Source: Octopus vulgaris (lineage: Eukaryota). Taken from it: a DNA stretch of 64,000 nucleotides. The position numbers and the translations under genes were made by a program. Shown here piece after piece: positions 14,003 through 27,076 of this stretch. The DNA is taken from contig OX597840.1 of assembly GCA_951406725.2 (NCBI GenBank), positions 25,916,001-25,980,000 on the forward strand, written 5' to 3'. Each line of letters begins with the position of its first letter. Positions within the stretch are counted from its first letter, which is position 1. The notes under the pieces were generated by a model, which saw only the letters and a program-made list of their open reading frames with translations, had not been told where the DNA came from and searched no databases.

Positions 14003-15740
14003 TAATAATAATAATAATTTCAAATTTTGGTACAAAGCCAGCAGTTTTGGAGGTGGGGATATTCAATTACATTGACCCCTGTGTTCAACTGGTACTTATT
14101 TTATCAGCCCCATAAAGATGAAAGGCAGAGTAGACCTTGGTGGAATTTGAACTTAGAATGTACAGTCGGACGAAATGCTGCTAAGTGTTTTGCTTGGTGT
14201 GCTGGCGATTCTGCCAGCTTTCCACCTTCCATAATAAGGAAGGAAGGAAGGATGATCGATGTCTCATCTCAAGATACAACCACGAGATAACATTGAGAAG
14301 TGTATTAATTTAATCAACCATTCATATTCTATCTGTTGTGTTAGAAATAATTATTATAATCACACACACCTATACAAACATACACAGACTTATTAGAGTA
14401 AATAATTATTGCCTGAGTGTATCAAGAATATAAAACGACTGCTGTGTCTGGGGAGAGTCATTTTCTTTTTGTGCCTTATAATATAACACACTCACCGGTA
14501 AAATTTCCACTTTTTTTTCTTATTTTTATTTTCCTAAAATTTTCGTTGCGTCTTGCAACCTTTTCAATGGTTTTGACTCTAAAACTATTGAAAAGGTTGC
14601 AAGACGCAAAGAAAATTTTAGGAAGATAAAAATAAGAAAAGAAATTGGAAATTTTACCGGTGAGTGTATTAAATAATAAGGTACAAAAAGAAAATTACTC
14701 TGCCCAAACACAACAGAATATGCTTCAACACACAAACTCAAATAAAGAATCTTGCAAACCAAATCCCAAAACGAAATAAAACGACTGCCATTTAAAGGTG
14801 TATTATAAATTTGGTAATAAAAGAATTATTAAACTAAAAACTTGGTTTTGCACCTTATTTATATCTATATATATATAAAAGAGAGGTTGTGTGCTGTCTG
14901 TCTCCTACAATTTAGATTCCTAACTACTCCCACATTTTGCAGTGCAGTTTAACCAAAACCGGGTATCTTACAGTCGTAATTCATATCGAGCCCTTCTGGG
15001 TATTAGCGTGCGTCTACGATGAGTCTACGATTTTAAAAGAAATTTACCATAATTTTTTTCCCGTTTTTAATGCATTTTTGGCATATATAAGGGAAGTAAC
15101 TCTCTAAAAATTTATTAAATCTCAGAACGTAAAAAGCTACAGTAACAACCCCTCCTTTGTGGTTAGCCATATTGAGATGGCTATTATACTTTACATCTCT
15201 AAAAACGCTTATATAGTTATTTCCCTTACAAACCCGAGCAACGCCGGGCGATACTGCTAGTTTATATATAAAACACTACAATTAGCCGTCATTTTTGATG
15301 GCCCAGGGTCAGCTCGTAAAACAATAATTTGAAACAAATGTGATATAAAATCTTACCCAGAATGCAACATAATTTAGCCGCCTTCTGCAAGCCGGTCAAA
15401 CTCTGGCATATAGCTTCACGGGCCTTCATGCTCTCCTCCCTCGCTCCTTCGGTGCCGAGCATTAGCGCCAGGCTGCTGGTTATACCACAGGAACTCTTGC
15501 CATTGAGGAGCACGGCAAGAACATCAAGCATACCATCCCAACAAGTAGAGAGTATCCTCTTTGCCAGTCTTTTACCTTCGGGGAAGAGAGTAATTAACGA
15601 GGGTGATAACGAGGATGACGAAAATAACGATGACGATAATGATAACAATGACGACGATGGTGGTGATGATGATGTTAATGATGGTGATGATGATGGTGAT
15701 GATGATGATAGTGGTGGTGTGATGATGATGATGATAATGG

Positions 15741-15771
<31 letters not shown>

Positions 15772-16060
15772 GACGATGATGATGATGATGTTGACAAGAT
15801 TTGACGATGGTGATGATGATGGTGATGATGATGATAGTGGTGGTGGTGATGATGATGATAATGGTGATGATGATGATGATGATGATGATGATGACGATGA
15901 TGATGATGATGTTGACAAGATTTGACGATGATAATGATGATGGTGATGATGATGGTGATGATGATGATGATGGTGATGATGATGGTGATGATGATGATGA
16001 TGATGGTGATGATGATGGTGATGATGATGATGTTGACAAGATTTGACGATGATGATGATA

Positions 16061-16098
<38 letters not shown>

Positions 16099-19052
16099 AA
16101 TGATGATGATGATGATGATGATGATGTTGACAAGATTTGATGATGATGATGACGATGAAAGCAATAATGATGAGAACAATGATAATTATGATAATGATGG
16201 CAACAATAACGATTATCATGACAATGATGACGATGATAGCAATGATAATTAGGACAATAATGATGATCATGATGATAATGACAAAAATGATGACAGCAAT
16301 GATATTGATGATGATGATGATGGTGATGATGACAACGATGATAATTATGAGGATAACAGCAATTATTATGACAATGATGATGACAACAATAATGATAGCG
16401 ATGATGCTGACGATGACAACGATGGTGATGAAACAATTATCATCGTCAGCATCATCATCAACATTACTCCCCCCCCCCACCCTCCCAGTTGTAATGATGG
16501 AGATGTTGATGGGCCCTTACCTGCCATTACTGCATCTTTACTTGGTCGTTCTCTTCGTGTGTGTCCCCCCTCCCTTCTGTTTTCCCCTCTTCGAATGCTG
16601 TCCACCTCTTCGTCCCTTTCTTCCTCCTCCTCGTCATCGTCATCATCGGAGAGCAACGTGCTGCATGTGGTGCGGGCATCCATCAGAATCTGACCACAGA
16701 GTTCGTGGCTGTCAAGACCATCGATGTCTGGAAATTTAACAAAAAAATTAATTAATTAAAAATTTTTTAAAAATAAAATGAAATAAAATTTTTTATAAAT
16801 AAAAATAAAATGAAATAAAATACACAAGAGCACTCAAAGAGTGCAAACCTCCGCCAAGGCACCTATTTCTTTACTACCCACAAGGGGCTAAACACGGAGA
16901 AGACAAACAAGGACAGACAAATGGATTAAGTCGATTATATCAACCCCAGTGCATAACTGGTATTTAATTTAATCGACCCTGAAAGGATGAAAGGTAAATC
17001 GACCTCGGCAGAATTTGAACTCAGACACAAAGACAGATGAAATACCGCTAAGCATTTTGCCTGGTGTAACTAACGATTCTGCCAGCTCATCGCCCTCGCC
17101 AAGGTACCACCAATGTCCTCTCAACGATTAGCCAGAGACGAATTTTAAAATGAGAATATCTGAAATAAACTCGACTAAAAAAACGGGAAAATAATTCAGA
17201 ATCCTTGTTCGGTACTGGATCGATCCCAAAATCTAATCAGTTTGTGCCAGCCGTGAGGCCAAACATCCCTGAAAGTTTCATCTGAATCCATCCAGTGGTT
17301 CTTGAGATATCTTGTCCATGGACAAACAAACAAATACGACTGAAAACAATACCTCTACCTTCGTTAAGGTGGAGGTAATAATAATTATTATTATTAAGGT
17401 GGCAAGCTGGCAGAATCGTTAGCATGCCAGGCAAGATGCTTAGTGGCATTTCACCTGTCTTTACGTTCTGAGTTCAAATTCTGCTGAGGTCAACTTTGCC
17501 TTTTATCCTTTCAGGGTCAATTAAACAAGCGCGTATTTCTTTATTACCCACAAGGGGCTAAACACAGAGAGGACAAACAAGGACAGACAAACGGATTAAG
17601 TTGATTATATCGACCCCAGTGCGTAACTGGTACTTATTTAATCGACCCCGAAAGGATGAAAGGCAAAGTCGACCTCGGCGGAATTTGAACTCAGAACGTA
17701 ACGGCAGACGAAATACCACTAAACATTTCGCCTGGCGTGCTAACGATTCTGCCAGCTTTCCGCCCTTATTAAACAAGTACCAGTTACGCACTGGGGTCGA
17801 TGTAATTGACTTAATCCCTTCCCCCAAATTTGAAGCCTTGTGCTTCCAGTAGAAAAGATAATTACAATTATTATTATTTTAAAGTTGGTAAGCTGGCCAA
17901 ATTATTAGCATGCTGGGCAAAATGTTTAACAGCATTTTGCCCATCCTTACATTATGAGTTCAAATGCTCCTGATGGCAACTTTGCTTTTCATTCTTTTGG
18001 GGTCAATAAATTAAGTATCAGTTGAGGACTGGGGTCGATGTATTCGACTTACCCCGCCTCAAATTGCTGGCCTTGTGCCAAAAGATGGAATCATCATCAT
18101 CATCATCGTTATTATTATTTAGATGTCCAAGGACATCGCCTGAAAGAAAAGAAGGCATGGTGCACCCAGCTGTGACTAGTCAGTCCGATGCATGCTCAGA
18201 AGGCTCTGCCCACCCAGGGATGCCTAAAATGAATTAAGGGTTCCTCAACAACAGAAGATGTTGAGAAAACCAAGAGAGGTTTACCTGTCAGCATTGAAAT
18301 GAGTGGGGATTCGTCGTCAAACTGGTAACCAGCATTCTCTAATAGGTTTGTTGATATAATTTGCTTATAAACTTCACTGAGCCAACTCGTCGAGAGGAAC
18401 ACCACCAAGCCGCTGTTGAGGACATTGTCTACAAACTGTTCCTGCAAAAGAAAAAAGAGAAGGAAATCTCGGAATTACCAAATTAGTCAAATTGTATGTA
18501 TTACGATATAATGAGTGAAGTTCTTGATTTTTTTTTTTTTTTAAGTTAATTTGTTAAATTCTATACATGAAATTCTTGACCTTTGAGTCATTTTTATTTT
18601 CTAACCTTTTTTCTACAGATTAAAAGTTATCATTATTATTATTATTAAGGCAGCAAGCTGACAGAATTGTTAGGAGCACGGTGGGCGAAATATTCAGCAG
18701 CATTTTATCTGTCTTCATGTTCTGAGTTCAAATTCCACTGGAGTTGATTTTGGTGAAAATCGACTTCAGGGGGTCGATAAAATAAATACCAGTTACTTAC
18801 CCCCTCCTTGACTTACCCCCTCATCTGAGCTTGCTAGCCTTGTGCCAAAATTTGAAATCATCATCATCATCGTTTAACTTCCGCCTTACATGCTAGCATG
18901 GGTTGGACGGTTCGACTGGGGATCTGGGAAGCCATGGAGGCTGCACCAGGCTCCAGTCTGATCTGGCAGTGTTTCTACAGCTGGATGCCCTTCCTAACGC
19001 CAACCACTCCACGAGTGTAGTGGGTGTTTTTTACGTGCCACCGGCACAGGTG

Positions 19053-19085
<33 letters not shown>

Positions 19086-22000
19086 CATCATTATCAAATA
19101 AATAAATGCGTGTAAATAGAAAATGTTTACCTCTGTAACAAGTACTTTGCCCTGGAAGTCTGGGTTATAAAAGTTCTTCACGGATAACTTGAGGTTGAGC
19201 GAGAGGACAGCAATGGACGTCACATAGATACCATCGGCATTCACTATCACAGTGGATTCGTCACATTTGGCCGGGAATCCATTCACCATGTCTTGATGCC
19301 ACAAAGGAAAAAAAATGGATTTAATGCAAATAAATAAATTACATTTTTGAAAAATACATTTCTCAAAAGGTAGGACATTTCTGTTGGCAAACATTTAATG
19401 ATCTTAATGACTTGCAGGGACATGGTATTACGTTATGTACCCATAATATACTATGAAGTATTGGGTTGTCTGCAAAGTTCGTGCCGATTTATAACAGCTT
19501 ACCTTTCGACTTATTTTAGAACATGGTTGAGTCCATAAAATAGGATTTGACTACACCTCCATTTAGAGCACAGTTTAAACTAACTTTTTGAGTAAGAAGA
19601 TTTATGTTCCTATAACCTGTGTTAATTCTGTAACCCTTTAAATTGGAAGATAAAGTTCATTTTTGGCACTTGATGCTTTGGGAACCAGACAAAAATTGCT
19701 GCAGCTCGTCTGGGATGTGTTACCCCGCCCTCCATATTCACCAGATATTGCTCCTTTGGGTTTCCACTTATTCAGGTCTCTGCAGAATAGTCTTAATGGT
19801 AAAAATTTCAATCCCTTGGATGGCATACAAAGATACCTTGATGAATTCTTTGCCATGAAACCACCTCAGTTCTGGGAAGAGGGTATTTTCAAGATAAAGG
19901 AAAGATGGAGACGCATTGTGCAACAAAATGGTTCATATTTGGTTGATTAAAAATGTAATGGCAAGTATTTATTGACCTTTTCCTTTCCTTTAGAAATTGG
20001 CACGAACTTTCCGGACAACCCAATACATTAAATGCTTTTATAAGTCAGTTCTGTGTTCTACTGTGTTAGCAGTGCACTTTACATCACCTGTTTAGGTTAT
20101 CTTCATGTATAATTTCTATATAAATACCTGTAGAATTAATAATCTATGATGAGACAAAAATAAGATCCCATGGAATAATGGAATAATTCTTTGTTGGAAT
20201 TGGTTCACAAAAGAAGGATAAGGTGCAAAGAAAACCAAAAGGGTGTTTAGCAAAGGTGTTAATTAAGAATACTCACCTGAACAAAACGAGGCAGCAAACT
20301 CCTGCAGAACGTTGTCAACTCGGCAGATTGACATCAGGTTCATAAGGCGTGGCAGCAGGTCGGCGAGTTTACCCATGTATTCCCTAGCGTGTTCCCTTTC
20401 GGCGAGGTCTTGCTTCTGGCATAAGAAAGCCTTGGACGTGGTCGAGCCGGGGGTGGTTTTCTTGGGGAGCGCTTCTTGAGCTGACGTCGACGAGGACGTG
20501 TCGTTCTGCAGGTTTTCCGGTTCCTGGACAGGGTGAGGTGGACAGTAGACGTGGCTTACGACGGAGCTGTCACTGCAAGTGTCCTCGTCACTGTCGTCGT
20601 CATCACATGCTGCATCGTCAATTTCTTGTTGACTTTCGCCGTCAACTCTCTCATTCTCGTCCTCCTCATTGTCAATTTTCTCCTCCTCCGCCTCCTCCTC
20701 CTTCTCCACTATCACCACCGACACCTCTCTCACCTCTTCTTCTCCTCCTCCTCCCACTTCAGCATCTTCTCCCCCCACCTCAGCATCTTCTCCTCCCACC
20801 TCTTCTCCTTCTAAACTATCACTAGCAGCAGTCTTTGGAATGTCAGCTGGTTCCACTTCTGTCGGCGGCAGCGGGTTCGGGTTCGTGCCCTCAGGCTCAA
20901 TATTCAAGTTGAGCTTGGAATCTGCTGAAAAGAATAATACAATAATATAATATAAATACACATACACACACACAGACATTTATACACACACACACATTTA
21001 TACATACACACACAGACACATTTATACACACACACAGACACTTATACACACACACACACACTTATACACACACACAGACATTTATACACACACACGCACA
21101 CACTTATACACACACACGCACATACTTATACACACACACACACACACAGACATTTATACACACACTTATACACACACACATGCACACACAGACATTTATA
21201 CACACACATACAGACAGACAGACCTTTATACATACACACACAGACAGACAGACATTTATACAAACACACACAGACACTTATACACACACATGCACACACA
21301 CAGACATTTATACACATACACACACAGACAGACAGACATTTATACAAACACACACACAGACACTTATACACACACACACAAACACACACATGTATAGGGA
21401 GAAAGAGGTGCTTGGCCAATTAGTTTTATATATACCTTTCTTTCTCCATTTTCACACATACACACACATACATGATGGGCTTCTTTCAGTTTCCATCTCT
21501 CAAATCCACTCACAGGGCTCTGGTCAGCCCAGAGCTATAGTAGAAGACACTTGCCAAAGGTACCATGCAGTGGGACTGAACCCAGAACCATGTGGTTGGG
21601 AGGCAAGCATCTTACCACACAGCCACACCTGTGCCAATAAATAAGCATCATCATCATCATCATCGTTTAACGTCCGTTTTCCATGCTAGCATGGGTTGGA
21701 CGGTTCAGCTGGGGTCTGGGAAGCCAGGAGGCTGCACCAGGCTCCAGTCTGATCTGGCAGTGCTTCTACAGCTGGATGCCCTTCCTAACGCCAACCACTC
21801 CGTGAGTGTAGGGGGTGCTTTTTACGTGCCACCTGCACAGGTGCCATGTGAGGCTGGCAAAGGCCACGATGAGATTGGGGCATTTTACGTGCCACCGGCA
21901 CGGAAGCCAGTCAAGGTAGCGCTGGCATCGACCGGTGAAGGCGGTGCTGGCATCGGCCAGTCAAGGCGACGCTGGCATTGGCCAGTCAAGGTGGCAATGG

Positions 22001-23142
22001 CATCGGCCAGTCAAGGCGGTGTTGGCATCGGCCGGTCAAGGCGGCACTTGCATTGGCCAGTCAAGGCGGCACTGGCAATAGCCAGTCAAGGCGGGGCTGG
22101 CATCTAAAGCAATGTATATACACACACAGACACACACACACACAAAATTAATAGGAGTAAAATGACCGACACGAACCTCTCTCCTGGCGGTCATAGAAAC
22201 TGTTAATGTCCCTTACAACGTCCTCCGGAATGTCAATGCCCTTACTCAGTCGTTCGAGGGTGCGTAACAGCATCGTTATACACTCAACACTCGTTATACA
22301 CACAGCAGAGTCGTTACAATGACAACATTCCTGGATGCTGTCGATGATTCTGAAACGAAAACCAAAGAAAAAAGAAGAAAAACATCCATCAGTTTTGATT
22401 CCAAGCCAGTAACATCATCATCTTCATCCCCTTCAATCTCTTCTGCCTCCTCTCCTCCTCATCATTTAACCCTTAAGCATTCAGGTTATTCTGTCGAATT
22501 TAATGCTGGTTTATTAAAATTTTATATATTTGAGAGATGAGGAATTATGTACATTATTTACATTAGACAGATATTTGTCCTCATCTTGTTTGTTGTTAAT
22601 ATGGCGTAGTGGTTAAGAACGCGGGCTACTAAGCCCAAGATTCTGAGTTCGATTCCAGGCAGTGACCTGAATAATAATGATGATAATAATAATAATAGGG
22701 CTTCTCTGTCCTAGGTGTATGGAAAACACTCAGCAAGAAATGGAAGAAAATTTGATGAAAGAAGGAAAAAACATAATAATAATAATAATAATAACAACAT
22801 TGAAAAATAGCTTAGGTATGAGAACCCAGGTTCGAAATTTCCCCAAGACACCTGATGAAGGCTGGAGGGTATAACAGCCGAAATGTTGTGTTAACAACAA
22901 AACAAGATGAGGACAAATATCCTTCTAATGTTGCTTCTGCTACTACTACTATTGCTGCTGCTGCTGCTGCTACTACTACTACTACTACTACTACTACTGT
23001 TGCTGCTGCTACTACTACTACTGCTGCTCCTGCTACTGCTGCTGCTGCTACTACTACTGCTGCTGCTGCTACTATTCTTGCTGTAACAACCCCCACCAGC
23101 ACCACCACAAAATTAAAAACAACCCAATTAGTGTGGGGGGGG

Positions 23143-23175
<33 letters not shown>

Positions 23176-23737
23176 TGAGATTTGAACTTGCAACAAAGTG
23201 ACAAAGAGTTCGTTGGACTTACAGCTTCATAAATGCGATATCAGATTTCTGATTGGAGAGTTTCTTGTCTGGGTTGCTGGATTCCGAGGCCGTCGGCGCA
23301 GCAATGTCAAGGACACCTCTGGGAGAGTTGAACAACTGCAACAGAGAGGCACACACAGAGAAAAATAATCAGTGATATAGAGATAATATGGTGGTGGGTC
23401 TCAGGCGACATAGTTGTCGTCTGGTGCAGAGAGAGATAACAGGGTAAAAAGCTGCCATTTGTAGGAGAGGTTTGGAAGGTGAAAGGAGCGAATGGAGTGT
23501 AGTCATCATCATCATCATCGTTTAACGTCCGCTTTCCATGCTAGCATGGGTTGGACGATTTTGACTGTGGGTGCTAACGTTTCTGCCAGTTGGCAGCCTT
23601 CACAAATACACAGGGACATACACACACACACACACACATACACACACATATATATATAGTTTACTGTTCTATTGAAGTAGGATCAACAAATAAACATACT
23701 CCATCCAGAGAGAGATAAGCACATGAAATTATATATA

Positions 23738-23779
<42 letters not shown>

Positions 23780-23969
23780 GGTCCCGGGTTGAGTCGGGGT
23801 TAACCACAGTAAATAAGGTACTCAATACATAGCAGAGTAAATTAATTTATTTTATAGAAGGAGCTTCTACAGGACTAGAACTGTTTCATTCAAATGAAAT
23901 CATCAGGAAGCCGATTTCATTTGAATGAAACAGTTCTAGTCCTGTAGAAGCTCCTTCTATAAAATAAAT

Positions 23970-24009
<40 letters not shown>

Positions 24010-24201
24010 CAAATAAGCAACAAGAATGAATTCTTGTTGCTTATTTTTGATTATAATCACCCCACAAATTTTTATGGATAACACCTTACAAAATTCTGGT
24101 GCATCTAAATTAAGTACCATATTCATTTGAATCTAAATTGTTGCTGAACTTATATATACACACATACATACATATATGTGTAATAATACATATATGTGTA
24201 T

Positions 24202-24232
<31 letters not shown>

Positions 24233-27045
24233 CATACATATATGTGTATACACACACACACACATATATATCATGAGGTAGTGAGTTCAAATCCTGGACA
24301 CGACTGCGTGTTGTGTTCTTGAGCAAGACACTTTATTTCACGTTGCTCCTGTTCACTCAGCTGTAGAGATGAATTGCAGCATCACTGGTGCCGAGCTGTA
24401 TCGGCCCCTTTGCCTTTCCCTTAGATAATATCGGTGGCTATAGATAGATAGATAGAGAGAGAGAGTGTGGAGTACAAACCAGTTTCAGGGCTTTCAGAGC
24501 ATCATGTCGGTGTTGTGGCGGAGGATAGAGTAACATCCGATGAAAGAGTGATTCCAGAACAGGTCTTAGGCTACCGACTGACCCCACCAAACGCACCAAC
24601 TGAACTGCAATGCTGACAAAGAGACAAAAGAGAGAGGAATTAGTTGAGAGCATCAATAATCAGAGGAGACAATGGAGAAGCTTCATTGTCAGGCAGTGAA
24701 ATAAGAATGGAACAATTAAAAATCAATTAAATCAGCCACTGTTGTCGTTAGTAATAATAAAATGTCATGACACACAGCTTTGTTTGATTGGAGGGTGGGG
24801 AGAAGATGGGGAGAAGAGGGTGGAGGTGGAGGATGAGAAGGTGGAGGAGAAGAATGGAGGAGAAGAATGAGATGGTGGTGGAGGAGAAGGTGGAAGAAGA
24901 GAATGAGAAGATGGAGGAGGAGGAAGAGGTGGAGGAGGAGAATGAGATGGTGGTGGAGGAGGTAGAGGTGGAGAAGGTGAAGGAGGAGAATGAGAAGATG
25001 GTGGTGGAGGAGAAGGTGGAAGAAGAGAATGAGAAGATGGAGGAGGAGGAAGAGGTGGAGGATGAGAAGGTGGAGGAGATGGAGGTGGAGGTGATGGGGA
25101 AGGAGGAGCAGGAAGAAGGTGGAGGAGGAGAATGAGAAGATGGTGGTGGAAGAGAAGGTGGAAGAAGAGAATGAGAAGATGGAGGAGGAGGAAGAGGTGG
25201 AGGAGGAGAATGAGATGGTGGTGGAGGAGGTAGAGGTGGAGGACGAGAAGGTGAAGGAGGAGAATGAGAAGATGGTGGTGGAAGAGAAGGTGGAAGAAGA
25301 GAATGAGAAGATGGAGGAGGAGGAAGAGGTGGAGGAGGAGAATGAGATGGTGGTGGAGGAGGTAGAGGTGGAGGACGAGAAGGTGGAGGAGCAGGAAGAA
25401 GGTGGAGGAGGAGAATGAGAAGATGGTGGTGGAGGAGAAGGTGGAAGAAGAGAATGAGAAGATGGAGGAGGAGGAAGAGGTGGAGGAGGAGAATGAGATG
25501 GTGGTGGAGGAGGTAGAGGTGGAGGACGAGAATGAGGGAGGTGGAGGAGGAGAAGGTGGAGGAAGAGAATGAGAAGATGGAGGAGGAGGAAGAGGTGGAG
25601 GAGGAGAATGAGATGGTGGTGGAGGAGGTAGAGGTGGAGGACGAGAAGGTGAAGGAAGAGGTGGTGGAGGAGAAGGTGGAAGAAGAGAATGAGAAGATGG
25701 TGGAGGAGGAGGAAGAGGTGGAGGAGGAGAATGAGATGGTGGTGGAGGAGGTAGAGGTGGAGGACGAGAAGGTGGAGGAGCAGGAAGAAGGTGGAGGAGA
25801 AGAATGAGAAAATGGTGGTGGAGGAGAAGGTGGAAGAAGAGAATGAGAAGATGGAGGAGGAGGAAGAGGTGGAGGAGGAGAATGAGATGGTGGTGGAGGA
25901 GGTAGAGGTGGAGGACGAGAAGGTGAAGGAGGAGAATGAGAAGATGGTGGTGGAGGAGAAGGTGGAAGAAGAGAATGAGAAGATGGAGGAGGAGGAAGAG
26001 GTGGAGGAGGAGAATGAGATGGTGGTGGAGGAGGTAGAGGTGGAGGACGAGAAGGTGGAGGAGCAGGAAGAAGGTGGAGGAGGAGAATGAGAAGATGGTG
26101 GTGGAGGAGAAGGTGGAAGAAGAGAATGAGAAGATGGAGGAGGAGGAAGAGGTGGAGGAGGAGAATGAGATGGTGGTGGAAGAGGTGGTGGAGGAGGTAG
26201 AGAGGTGGAGGATGAGAAGGTGGAGGAGCAGAAGAAGGTGGAGGAGAAGAATGAGAAAATGGTGGTGGAGGAGAAGGTGGAAGGAGAGAATGAGAAGATG
26301 GAGGAGGAGGAAGAGGTGGAGGAGGAGAATGAGATGGTGGTGGAGGAGGGAGGAGGATAGAGGTGGAGGACAGGAAGAAGGTGGAGGAGAAGAATGAGAA
26401 AATGGTGGTGGAGGAGAAGGTGGAAGAAGAGAATGAGAAGATGGAGGAGGAGGAAGAGGTGGAGGAGGAGAATGAGATGGTGGTGGAGAGGTGGTGGAGG
26501 AGGTAGAGGTGGAGGATGAGAAGGTGGAGGAGCAGGAAGAAGGTGGAGGAGAAGAATGAGAAAATGGTGGTGGAGGAGAAGGTGGAAGAAGAGAATGAGA
26601 AGATGGAGGAGGAGGAAGAGGTGGAGGAGGAGAATGAGATGGTGGTGGAAGAGGTGGTGGAGGAGGTAGAGGTGGAGGACGAGAAGGTGGAGGAGGAGAA
26701 TGAGAAGATGGTGGTGGAAGAGAAGGTGGAGGTAGAGGTGGAGGAGGAGGCAAAGAAGGAAGAGGTCAAAGATGAGAAGGTGGAGGAGATGGAGGTGGAG
26801 GTGATGGGGAAGGAGGAGATGGTGAAGGAGGTGGAGAATGTGGAGGAAGAGAATGAGAAGATGGTGATGGAAGAGGAGAAAAAGGAGAAGGTGTAGGAGG
26901 AGAAGGTGAAGAAGATGGAGAAGAGGAAGGTGGAAACAAAGAGAGATGAGATGGAGGAAGAGGAGGCGGTAAAGGAGGTCAAGAAGAAAATTTATTTGGA
27001 AAGAGAGAAAGAAATAGATCGATCGATAGATAGATCAGGAGACAC

Positions 27046-27076
<31 letters not shown>

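Noticed and set aside
15289-16739. Poly-Asp/His/Ile/Met ORFs (also at 8825-9149, 33851-34385, 42279-42794, 45237-46778, 51155-52998)
   Set aside because: Microsatellite translations; only the embedded exon portions listed as features are supported.
19663-19950. SETMAR-like domesticated gene
   Set aside because: Internally deleted, third catalytic Asp replaced (YSPDIAPLG), and TIRs and TA duplication still present.
22602-22665. tRNA-like sequences here and at the SINE heads (e.g. 5012, 10889, 61325)
   Set aside because: No complete cloverleaf or acceptor stem; they continue into repeat bodies, so they are SINE heads rather than tRNA genes.
24748-26982. 744-aa and 662-aa Ser/Pro/His-rich ORFs and Glu-rich plus-strand ORFs
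   Set aside because: Translations of a simple-repeat array; ARFGEF3 exons 9 and 10 join in phase without them.
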